Below are positions 10,354 through 18,898 of a stretch of DNA of 64,000 bases, piece after piece; positions within the stretch are counted from its first letter, which is position 1; each line of letters starts with the position of its first letter. Position numbers and translations under genes: made by a program. The notes under the pieces were generated by a model, which saw only the letters and a list, made by a program, of their open reading frames with translations, was not told the DNA's origin and ran no database searches. Source of the stretch: Desulfosporosinus sp. Its GTDB lineage: Bacteria > Bacillota > Desulfitobacteriia > Desulfitobacteriales > Desulfitobacteriaceae. The DNA lies in assembly GCA_031292095.1 (NCBI GenBank), contig JARLHU010000196.1:674-64673 (forward strand), written 5' to 3'.

Positions 10354-11328
10354 CTACTTTTTATAGTTTTTAAGTTGTGAGAACTTGCCGTCTATAATAA
10401 CGGCAACGAGGATGACCAAGCCTTTGGCTATACTTTGATAGAACGGCGAAACGTTTGTTAAGTTTAACACGTTATCAAGTACACCCATGATTAAAGCCCC
10501 GATCAGTGTGCCAATGATCCCCCCCTTTCCACCTGCTAAACTTGTTCCTCCAATGATGACAGCGGCTATGGCATCCAGTTCCACCCCTACACCTGCTGTT
10601 GGCTGTGCAGACATGAGGCGGGAAGTATAAATCAAAGCTGACAACGAAGAAAGGAGCCCAGAAATACCATAAACCACAATTTTAACCTGGTCGACCCTGA
10701 TACCAGATAAACGTGACGCCTCTTCGTTGCCCCCGATGGCGTAAACGTAGCGACCAAAACTTGTGTAATGAAGCACCCAGTACATAACTGCATAGACCAC
10801 AAGCATGATAATGATAGGTAAAGGTAAACCTAAAATTTTGCCACCGCCGATCGTACGGAAAGAACTGTTAGAAACGACTAATGGATAACCTTTGGTATAA
10901 ACTAGAGTCATTCCTCTGCCAATGGTCATCAATGCCAGCGTTACGATAAACGCTGGTACGCCGAATTTCGTAACGATAAGCCCATTAGTCAGTCCAAAAA
11001 GGACCCCGACCAGCAAGGCCAGTACTATGGCTAAGGGTAGGGCGATCTGGGCTGTTAACATCCCAGCAATCGTTGCCCCAGAAAAGGCTAGTATTGAGCC
11101 CACCGACAAATCAATACCGGCGATAAGAATCACCAGAGTCATTCCAGCCGCGATGATTGCCGTGATCGAAACCTGCCGCGCAACGTTAAAGAGGTTAGTC
11201 ACCGTGAAAAAGGCATCGGACAGGAAGCTGGCTAGGATACACATAACAATGAAGATTAAGAAGACTCGATACTTGTTAATAAAGCTGATGCCAGAAAATT
11301 TGGTGCCCTCCTGTTTTACCACGCTCAA
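10354..11328 (-). CDS. rbsC: Sugar ABC permease
   Basis: GIDLSVG, GGNEEASRLSG, ELDAIAAVIIGG. Confidence 0.9.
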   Translation of the reverse strand: MSVVKQEGTKFSGISFINKYRVFLIFIVMCILASFLSDAFFTVTNLFNVARQVSITAIIAAGMTLVILIAGIDLSVGSILAFSGATIAGMLTAQIALPLAIVLALLVGVLFGLTNGLIVTKFGVPAFIVTLALMTIGRGMTLVYTKGYPLVVSNSSFRTIGGGKILGLPLPIIIMLVVYAVMYWVLHYTSFGRYVYAIGGNEEASRLSGIRVDQVKIVVYGISGLLSSLSALIYTSRLMSAQPTAGVGVELDAIAAVIIGGTSLAGGKGGIIGTLIGALIMGVLDNVLNLTNVSPFYQSIAKGLVILVAVIIDGKFSQLKNYKK

Positions 11329-12824
11329 CCAACCTCCCCTCCTGTGGCATACATGAATATTTTCTCTTGTGTTGCCTCTTCATTAAGAAGTTCGCCAGTT
11401 ATACGCCCAGCGTGCATCACCAAAATCCGATGGCTCATGCCCAATAATTCCGGCATTTCGGAGGAAATTAGAATAATACTAATACCTTCTTTTGTAAGCT
11501 GCTTTATCATTTGGTAAATCTCGCCTTTGGCACCAACGTCAATTCCGCGTGTGGGTTCTTGCAAAATAAGCACTTTCGGGTTCATCTCCAACCATTTTGC
11601 TAAAACTACTTTTTGCTGATTTCCCCCGCTTAAAGTGACGACCTCAACGGAGGGGTTGTGAACCTTAATTTTCAACGTTTCAATCCACTTCCGAATAATA
11701 ACCGTATGTTTGGCTCGATCCACCAATACCCCAAACTTTGCTAGATGACGATAAGTAGGCAAAAGGATATTTTCTCCCACCGACATGGACAAGACCAAAC
11801 CTAAACCTTTGCGGTCATCCGTTACCAGAGCCACCCCGGAATCGATCGCATCCCTTATTGAAACGATCGGCTTGCCTCCATTCACAGTGACCGTGCCTTG
11901 GACCTTTGGATAAACTCCAAAAAGAACCTTCGCCAAATACTCACTACCCGAACCCATAAGACCACCTATTCCTAGGATTTCTCCCTTTGCTAAGCGGAAA
12001 CTAATATCCTTCAAGTGATCCTTAAAGCCCAAACCTGAGACCTCCAGAACTGTTTCTCCCAACTTATCGTTACGTTCAGGGTATAAGTCATTGATATCAC
12101 GACCTACCATCATACGTACAATATCGTCTTTGGACAATTCCTGGGCCGCAGCGCTTCCAATGAAGCGCCCATCTCGGAGTACCGTGACACGGTCGGCAAC
12201 CTTTCCCACTTCCTCTAGTCGGTGTGTAATAAAAATGATCGCCATCCCTTGTTGCTTGAGACCGACCATGATTTTTATTAAACGCCGCGTGTCTTCTTCG
12301 TTTAGGGCTGCCGTGGGTTCATCCATAACTATAATCTTCGTAGCGTAGGATAACGCCTTGGAAACCTCTACCAGTTGTTGTTCTGCTATGGAAAGTTCAT
12401 CGACCAAATTCTTAGGTGATATATGACTGAGCCCTACCCGCTCCAACAATACCGTGGTCTGGGCGTAAAGTTGTCTCCAGTCGATGACCCCTTTAATAAC
12501 TCGCGGCTCCCTACCCAAAAAAATATTTTCTGCCACGCTTAGAAACGGAATCAGGTTAAACTCCTGATAGATAATGCTAATACCCAATTCATGAGCTTGA
12601 CGGGGATTTTGAATAGCTACTTTCTGTCCGTCGATATAGATTTCACCACTGTTTGGTTGGTGAACTCCAACTAAAACTTTCATAAGTGTAGACTTTCCTG
12701 CGCCATTTTCGCCAAGCAAAGCGAGAATTTCGCCCTGACCAACTTCAATGTCCACCCCGGCCAAAGCCGTAACACCGGGAAAGGTCTTGCCAATACCGAC
12801 CATCTTCAACCTAGCAGTGCTCAC
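11325..12824 (-). CDS. rbsA: Sugar ABC ATPase (two NBDs)
   Basis: GENGAGKST, LSGGNQQK. Confidence 0.92.
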   Translation of the reverse strand: MSTARLKMVGIGKTFPGVTALAGVDIEVGQGEILALLGENGAGKSTLMKVLVGVHQPNSGEIYIDGQKVAIQNPRQAHELGISIIYQEFNLIPFLSVAENIFLGREPRVIKGVIDWRQLYAQTTVLLERVGLSHISPKNLVDELSIAEQQLVEVSKALSYATKIIVMDEPTAALNEEDTRRLIKIMVGLKQQGMAIIFITHRLEEVGKVADRVTVLRDGRFIGSAAAQELSKDDIVRMMVGRDINDLYPERNDKLGETVLEVSGLGFKDHLKDISFRLAKGEILGIGGLMGSGSEYLAKVLFGVYPKVQGTVTVNGGKPIVSIRDAIDSGVALVTDDRKGLGLVLSMSVGENILLPTYRHLAKFGVLVDRAKHTVIIRKWIETLKIKVHNPSVEVVTLSGGNQQKVVLAKWLEMNPKVLILQEPTRGIDVGAKGEIYQMIKQLTKEGISIILISSEMPELLGMSHRILVMHAGRITGELLNEEATQEKIFMYATGGEVG

Positions 12825-12850
12825 GGGTTATTCCCCCTTGTGACGATTCA

Positions 12851-13249
12851 TTAATAGGCACAACCTGCCACGAGTATTACATTGGCAAAGGGTGTAAATT
12901 CACCGCTCCTAATTAGGCCACGCGCCTGCTTGGAAGCCTCTTTTAATTGAACATGGGGCATATATTCAATCGGAATGTTGGTGAAACGTTTTAGGATTTC
13001 TTCATGCATTTGTGGACTAACCACCTTAATCTCTTCTGCCAAGATAATTTTTTCAACAACTATTTCCTCCAAAACGGTATCCAGTAGCTCCAGGAAACGG
13101 GGTACATTAGGTTTAAGGGCAAAATCAATCCTAGTGTTGACGTTTTCCGGAAGCGGGAGACCTGCGTCGGTCACTACGAGATAATCGGTATGACCAGTTT
13201 CAGCTAACAATTTGGCTAGTGCGGGATTTAGAATACCACCCTTTTTCAC
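12851..13249 (-). CDS. rbsD: D-ribose pyranase
   Basis: GHTD, DAGLP, RSGEFTPFAN. Confidence 0.93.
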   Translation of the reverse strand: MKKGGILNPALAKLLAETGHTDYLVVTDAGLPLPENVNTRIDFALKPNVPRFLELLDTVLEEIVVEKIILAEEIKVVSPQMHEEILKRFTNIPIEYMPHVQLKEASKQARGLIRSGEFTPFANVILVAGCAY

Positions 13250-13263
13250 AGTGTCTACCTCCT

Positions 13264-14295
13264 CTATTTTTGTTGATTTGGGGATTTAAGAAAGCAAGAT
13301 TGACGAATTTTTATTTCGGGAGATAAAACATAATGCCGTTTGGTCCAATCTCCTTCACTCGTCATTTGCGCATACAACAAGTCAAAGGCTGCTTCTCCCA
13401 ATTGGCGCATAGGGCGAGAAACCACGGTTAAAGGAGGATTTACGAATTCGGCGAAATCTAGATCGTCAAACCCTATTAGCCCAACTTGTTCGCCTAAAAT
13501 CCAACCGATTTCTGTAAGCGCTTTCAAACACCCAAGGGTCATTAAATTATTAGAGGTAAAAATGGCAGTAGGGGGTTCCTTTAAACTGTAAAGTCTTTTT
13601 GTGCCCTCATAACCACTTTGTTCTTTAAAGTCGCCCTCTATGATATATCCTTCATCCAAATCAATCTTGTATTCTTCTAAAGCCCGTTGAAAGCCAGCAA
13701 ACCTTTCATACCCTGGAGTGGTCTTTTGCGGACCGCGGATGATGGCTATTTTAGTATGCCCTTGAAGAATCAGATGCCTAGTGGCCTGATAAGCCCCGTC
13801 CACATTTCCGACAAGTACCGTGTCCACCTCGAAGTTCTTTATTTGCCGGTCGACTGCAACGACAGGAATCTTACGTTCAATTACGGGTTGAAGTTGATGA
13901 CCGTATTCATCCGCAGTAGTTATGATTAATCCGTCGACACTGCGCTCCAAGAGAACCTGAATTAATTCTGATTCAATTTCTGGTGATTCATTAGAGTTAC
14001 ACAAAATGGTAAAGTAACTTTTTTTTCTAGCCTGTTGTTCAATACCCGATATCAATAACGGAAAAAAAGGGTTATTTATGTCAGGTATAATTACTCCGAT
14101 CGTGTTCGTCTGCTTCCTAACCATACTACGGGCCAAGGCGTTCGGTATGTAACTTAATTGCTCAATGGCCTTTTGAACTCGTTCTTTAGTTTGGGTTTTA
14201 ATTCCGTCTTGTTTATTGATAACCCGAGATACTGTGGCAGTTGACACTTTCGCGAGATTTGCTACATCGTTAATTGTTGGTTTGCGCATCTTCAA
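13264..14295 (-). CDS. rbsR: LacI-family repressor
   Basis: TINDVANLAKVSTATVSRV HTH plus sugar-binding domain. Confidence 0.88.
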   Translation of the reverse strand: MKMRKPTINDVANLAKVSTATVSRVINKQDGIKTQTKERVQKAIEQLSYIPNALARSMVRKQTNTIGVIIPDINNPFFPLLISGIEQQARKKSYFTILCNSNESPEIESELIQVLLERSVDGLIITTADEYGHQLQPVIERKIPVVAVDRQIKNFEVDTVLVGNVDGAYQATRHLILQGHTKIAIIRGPQKTTPGYERFAGFQRALEEYKIDLDEGYIIEGDFKEQSGYEGTKRLYSLKEPPTAIFTSNNLMTLGCLKALTEIGWILGEQVGLIGFDDLDFAEFVNPPLTVVSRPMRQLGEAAFDLLYAQMTSEGDWTKRHYVLSPEIKIRQSCFLKSPNQQK

Positions 14296-14315
14296 TCACA
14301 CCTGACTCGAAAATC

Positions 14316-14325
14316 TAAACGTTTA
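14316..14325. promoter_or_regulatory. LacI-type operator
   Basis: Perfect palindrome TAAACGTTTA between a TTGACA-18-TAAAAT promoter candidate (minus, -35 at 14357-14362) and rbsR. Confidence 0.7.
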
Positions 14326-14693
14326 CATTTTGATTTTACATTATAGTTCGAATTTTTGTCAATAGTTAGTTTATTTAAAATTACTATGCTTAATTTTCCT
14401 GATAATACTAAGATTATGCCGCAATATAATGGAATGGTTTGCATATTATCCCTTTACTTCATTATTTTATTTCAGGCAACGACTAGAACCGCTCTATGAA
14501 ATAGTTGATTTCATGAAAACGTTCTCTTTTCTTCCCTAGTTAATACATTACTTTTCTTCCCACGTCGATAACCGTAACGACCCCGTATTGAAGGAAAAGG
14601 GTTACAATCGCGTCTGAAAGTCGCTGATTTCGCTATAGCACCTCAGACTGAAGTCTAGGAACCACAGGGAAATGAAAGGGGGCGTATAGAAAA

Positions 14694-14722
14694 TAAAAAA
14701 AGCCCGTCGTACGACGAGCTTC
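14694..14722 (-). terminator. Terminator of the M42 operon
   Basis: AGCTCGTCG-TA-CGACGGGCT plus T run on minus strand. Confidence 0.75.
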
Positions 14723-14742
14723 ATGTGCGTTCTCTACTACCA

Positions 14743-14777
14743 TGGCATCTTTGACTTGTAATTCTCTTTCATATGCC
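14743..14777. mobile_element. Single end of the GGCA-ended MITE family
   Basis: GGCATCTTTGACTTGTAATTCTCTTTCATATGCC nearly identical to 46301-46334 and to the reverse complement of 53059-53092. Confidence 0.8.
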
Positions 14778-15773
14778 TAATTCTGTAGGGCGTTCTAACA
14801 GGGCCACTAATAAATTCACAGCTGCTTCAATATCACGTTTGTCCAGCATTTCAGCGGGGCTGTGGACATAGCGCGTGGGGATCGAAAGAACCCCCGAGGG
14901 CACCCCTCCCCTAGACAAATGAATCGCTCCAGAATCTGTTCCCCCATGCTCTAAAACCTCCCACTGGAAGGGAATGTTTAGGTCCGTGGCAATAGCGGCC
15001 ATCCAACGCTTAATTTGAGGAGAGGTTATCATTGAGTGGTCTAAGACCTTAATCCCCACACCACGTCCAAGTTCAACAGACATAGGGTGTGCTTTGGGGG
15101 TATCCCCGGTGAGAGTTACATCCACAGCAATCGCCAAATCAGGTTCGAGAGCATAGGCAGCCGTCTGAGCACCACGGGTCCCGATTTCTTCCTGTACGGT
15201 AAAGACAAATGCCAATTCATGGGTGGACTTCGTTCGTTTAAACGCTTCTATCGCCACAAAACAACCAATCCGGTCATCTAGAGCTTTGGAAATAATTCGA
15301 GAGCCAGATTCTATAAAATTTCCGACAAAAACCGCCGTTTCCCCTATGCGAACGAACTGTTCAGCTTCTTTCCGAGATGCTACACCAATATCGAGATAAA
15401 GCTTATCAAGCTTGAAATCCCCGAGTTTGTCTAATTTTTCCACACCGATCGTACCGATCCTGCCCTTGCTAAGCTGGACTCTTTGACCGACTAGGTAAGG
15501 AATACGTACTCCGCCAAGAGGAGTAAAACGCAGAAACCCTTGTTTATCAATATGAGTGATCATCAATCCGATTTCGTCCATATGAGCAGCTACCATAATT
15601 TTCTTACCAGTCCCATGACGCAGGACAATGAGATTTCCTAAGATGTCCGTCTTCAGTTCGTCACAGTAAGGACTAAGAAGCGCGGAGATGAAGTCCGCGA
15701 CCCGCTCTTCAGAACCAGACGGGCCGAATATCTGGGTTAATTGTCCAAGCATTGCATAATCCAAATCCATCAC
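14769..15773 (-). CDS. M42 (TET) aminopeptidase
   Basis: AAHMDEIG, KALDDR, QEEIG, GGTD, RYVHS. Confidence 0.93.
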   Translation of the reverse strand: MMDLDYAMLGQLTQIFGPSGSEERVADFISALLSPYCDELKTDILGNLIVLRHGTGKKIMVAAHMDEIGLMITHIDKQGFLRFTPLGGVRIPYLVGQRVQLSKGRIGTIGVEKLDKLGDFKLDKLYLDIGVASRKEAEQFVRIGETAVFVGNFIESGSRIISKALDDRIGCFVAIEAFKRTKSTHELAFVFTVQEEIGTRGAQTAAYALEPDLAIAVDVTLTGDTPKAHPMSVELGRGVGIKVLDHSMITSPQIKRWMAAIATDLNIPFQWEVLEHGGTDSGAIHLSRGGVPSGVLSIPTRYVHSPAEMLDKRDIEAAVNLLVALLERPTELGI

Positions 15774-16813
15774 ACATTATCCTCCTTATCGATCATGCTA
15801 ACTCCAAACTTACGCGGGAGGTCCTTTAATAGTTCATCTACCAGGTTAAGACAAGCTGTATAATCCAATTCGGAGATAACTGAGGCCAAGGTATGAATGT
15901 AGCGACACGGTACACTTAATACGATCGTCGGGATTCCAGCTTTGCTAACATGAATAGGGCCAGCGTCATTTCCGCCGCTGGTTCCGCGCCGAAACTGCAG
16001 CGGAATTCCCTTTTGCTGGGCTAAGTCTGTCACCCATTTAATAAGCTTGGGACTGTAAAGGGCTGTTTTATCCAGCAGCGAACAAGCAGGGCCTTTGCCT
16101 AACTCTGTAACCCAACCCTCTTCGCAATCCGACACATCCGCAGCAACCGTTCCCTCGATGACAATGGCAAAATCCGGCGCAAGGTGATACGCTGCTACCT
16201 TGGCACCTCGGAGGCCCACCTCCTCTTGCACCGTAAATGCAGCAACTAAGGGAAAATCATAGTCCCGTTTCAGAAGCTCCACCAAGATGGCACACCCTAC
16301 CCGGTCATCAAAGGACTTTCCTTTGTAAAGACCCTCTCCGAAAGGCTCACATTTTGTCATAAAATAGGCATAATCGCCCAGCTTCACCTTACCGGAAGCA
16401 TCTTCTTTGGATTTAGCTCCGATATCTATATAAAGCTGGTCAATGGGCAACGCCTTTTGACGTTCTCGACGTTTTTGTAAATGAATAGCTTTTGCTCCGA
16501 TGACCCCGACGAGGGATTCGTTAATTCGGACTGGTTTCGAGACGAGAATTCGAGCGTCAATGCCACCAACTGGCCGAAATTTGAGATAACCGTCGCTAGT
16601 TATATCGGTGACCATCAATGCTACTTCGTCCATATGAGCGGTAATCATAACCTTGGGACCAGAAAGTTGTCTGTTTTTGGTGGCAATCAAATTCCCGATT
16701 TTATCAACGGTGATTGTCTCGACAAAGGGTTCGATTTGTTGGCGCAAGAAATCACGAACAAGGGATTCAGCTCCTGAGGTACCGTTTAATTCACTCAGAC
16801 TCTTTAATAACAT
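15770..16813 (-). CDS. M42 (TET) aminopeptidase
   Basis: AHMDEV, KSFDDR, QEEVG, GGND, RYIH. Confidence 0.93.
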   Translation of the reverse strand: MLLKSLSELNGTSGAESLVRDFLRQQIEPFVETITVDKIGNLIATKNRQLSGPKVMITAHMDEVALMVTDITSDGYLKFRPVGGIDARILVSKPVRINESLVGVIGAKAIHLQKRRERQKALPIDQLYIDIGAKSKEDASGKVKLGDYAYFMTKCEPFGEGLYKGKSFDDRVGCAILVELLKRDYDFPLVAAFTVQEEVGLRGAKVAAYHLAPDFAIVIEGTVAADVSDCEEGWVTELGKGPACSLLDKTALYSPKLIKWVTDLAQQKGIPLQFRRGTSGGNDAGPIHVSKAGIPTIVLSVPCRYIHTLASVISELDYTACLNLVDELLKDLPRKFGVSMIDKEDNV

Positions 16814-17880
16814 AAAAATCCCTCCAAATCATCCGGTAAGGAAGAGATAAAATGAGCCAGTAGTTTTCCACAGTTAAGGACATCTTGCAGATCGATGGTT
16901 TCCACTGAGGTATGCATATAGCGCAAGGGAATAGAGATCAGCCCAGTCGGAATACCTGCTTGGGATACCTGAATAGCCCAAGCATCCGTTCCCGATGCTC
17001 CTGGGATCGGTTCGATCTGAATGGGTAGCCGGTGCTCTTGGGCGATTTCTGAGAAATGACGGTAGATTGCGGGATGAATATTGGGACCAAGAGCCACTGC
17101 CGGTCCCTTACCCAATTCTATAGTAACTTGACCCTTAGTATCCGGAGTATTGGCGTGGGTCACATCAATAGCCACTGCGAGATCTGGGTTAAGCGTATAC
17201 GCACTGGTAAGTGCTCCTCGCACTCCTACTTCTTCTTGGGTCGTAGCCACTGCTATCACATCGTGAGTATGCTGTAGACGGGAGAGTTCTTCCAGGCAAA
17301 CCATCATCACCACGACCCCAGCTCGATCATCGAACGCTTTCCCAGCCAGCACATTATTAAGTAAAGGATACGTTTCTCGCCTTAGGGTAATTATATCTCC
17401 CACTTGAATAACCTCATTAATTTTAGCCAGGGAGAGTCCGACATCAATAACCATGTCCTCCATCTTGACCGCTTGATCCAAGTCCCCATTGTGAAGCAGA
17501 TGGGGTGGCAAAGAACCTATAATTCCTGGAATGGTCTGGCGTCCAAGAACAAGCACCTCTTGGGACAAGAGGGTTCGCTGATCTACCCCGCCAATGGAAG
17601 TAAAACGCAGGAACCCACGGGGATCGATCTTTGTGACGATCAGACCGATTTCATCCAGATGAGCGGCTAACATAATTTTCTTATTACTTATATGCTTGCC
17701 CTTTTTCAGTGCATAAACATTGCCAAACGTATCGCAATGCATTTCATCAGTTAGAGTAATAAATCGTTCCCTAACCATAGAAGCAATAGAAACTTCATAA
17801 CCAGAAACTCCAGAGCCGACCGATAAAAGACTAAGGAATTCTCTCGCACTTTGCATTTGCACGTTGATCAAACAATTCAC
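16804..17880 (-). CDS. M42 (TET) aminopeptidase
   Basis: AAHLDEIG, KAFDDR, QEEVG, GTDA, RYMHT. Confidence 0.93.
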   Translation of the reverse strand: MNCLINVQMQSAREFLSLLSVGSGVSGYEVSIASMVRERFITLTDEMHCDTFGNVYALKKGKHISNKKIMLAAHLDEIGLIVTKIDPRGFLRFTSIGGVDQRTLLSQEVLVLGRQTIPGIIGSLPPHLLHNGDLDQAVKMEDMVIDVGLSLAKINEVIQVGDIITLRRETYPLLNNVLAGKAFDDRAGVVVMMVCLEELSRLQHTHDVIAVATTQEEVGVRGALTSAYTLNPDLAVAIDVTHANTPDTKGQVTIELGKGPAVALGPNIHPAIYRHFSEIAQEHRLPIQIEPIPGASGTDAWAIQVSQAGIPTGLISIPLRYMHTSVETIDLQDVLNCGKLLAHFISSLPDDLEGFLCY

Positions 17881-17997
17881 CTTCTCTCCGAATAATTGAT
17901 AATGTATATATTACTTCTCTTTTTAATTCAGAATATCCTTTAACTCATTCCTTGTTCGATATTCGCTCATAGTCTTCCAAAAGTTCAAAAAGAGTCG

Positions 17998-18030
17998 AAA
18001 AAGAAAAGACCACTCATTGAGTGGCCCTTT
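17998..18030 (-). terminator. Intrinsic terminator ending the candidate ncRNA
   Basis: GGCCACTCA-A-TGAGTGGTC followed by TTTTCTTTTT on minus strand. Confidence 0.8.
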
Positions 18031-18663
18031 GAAATCTAAATTGAATCCCGCAAAGTTCCTCCAGAATTAATGGATACACGGCTCGAGATTAATCTTCAAC
18101 CAAACTTTACTGAACTGTTATTAACCGGAGTAAATAGGTTTGTAGCGAATACACCTTACAACTAAGCAAACATTACTAGATAGAGTCATCCCAGAAAACT
18201 AACCCGTAAGGAAGTAAATACTTTGACCTAAACTAAACGTGAACCAGTCAAAAACTAAGCTTAAGCTAAGGAAACACTAATCTGGACAAATCTTCCACTA
18301 CTCTGTTAACTCTAAGTGGGGTCAAGTTGACACAACTGATCCATCAACGTTGGGAACATTAAGGTTGCAAATCACCTGAATTCTGAACTTAATTTCCTTG
18401 ATTACGATGTGTCGAAAAGGAAAACTTAACTCAGACAAACTGACTAACAAACTATTTGGGCTGAGGAACTTTGCGGGAAATCTTTCTTTTTAACTACAAA
18501 AACCACCCTCTAGGTGGCTCCAATTCCTCGGAATTCAGCATTTGCTCGACTGATTGCAATGCTAAACCTTCGATGAATCGAAACTTTACCTAGCACGCGA
18601 CCACAAGATGTTTGATCAACTGAATCTTGAATCTTTTTTGTTAACTTTTTGTTAATTGTTTAT
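18000..18663 (-). ncRNA. Candidate large structured non-coding RNA (family not recognised)
   Basis: Consensus promoter and terminator, no ORF >=60 aa, perfect 16-bp closing helix 18046-18061/18463-18478 and many nested helices. Confidence 0.65.
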
Positions 18664-18669
18664 GTCTTT

Positions 18670-18697
18670 ATTATAGCTGATTTTATAGTTTTGTCAA
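18670..18697 (-). promoter_or_regulatory. Sigma-A promoter
   Basis: TTGACA (18697-18692), 16 nt, TATAAT (18675-18670). Confidence 0.8.
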
Positions 18698-18898
18698 GGG
18701 TTATAGACAACTCCCCTTGAAGTTTTTTTCTACGTTTGTCCCTGGACAACGACGCATTTAGATACTTATTGGAACTACCGTAAACTTAAGCTATCCTACG
18801 CAAATCAGGGCTATTCTAATTATATAGAACGCAGCTGTGGTTGCAGTATTTACACATGTATGATATGAATTCATAATAATGGAAGAGGAGGCAAAGAG

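Noticed and set aside
18000-18663. CRISPR array, OLE RNA, tmRNA or RNase P as identity of the ORF-free locus
   Set aside because: No repeat-spacer periodicity and none of the hallmark sequences or gene context of these RNAs visible
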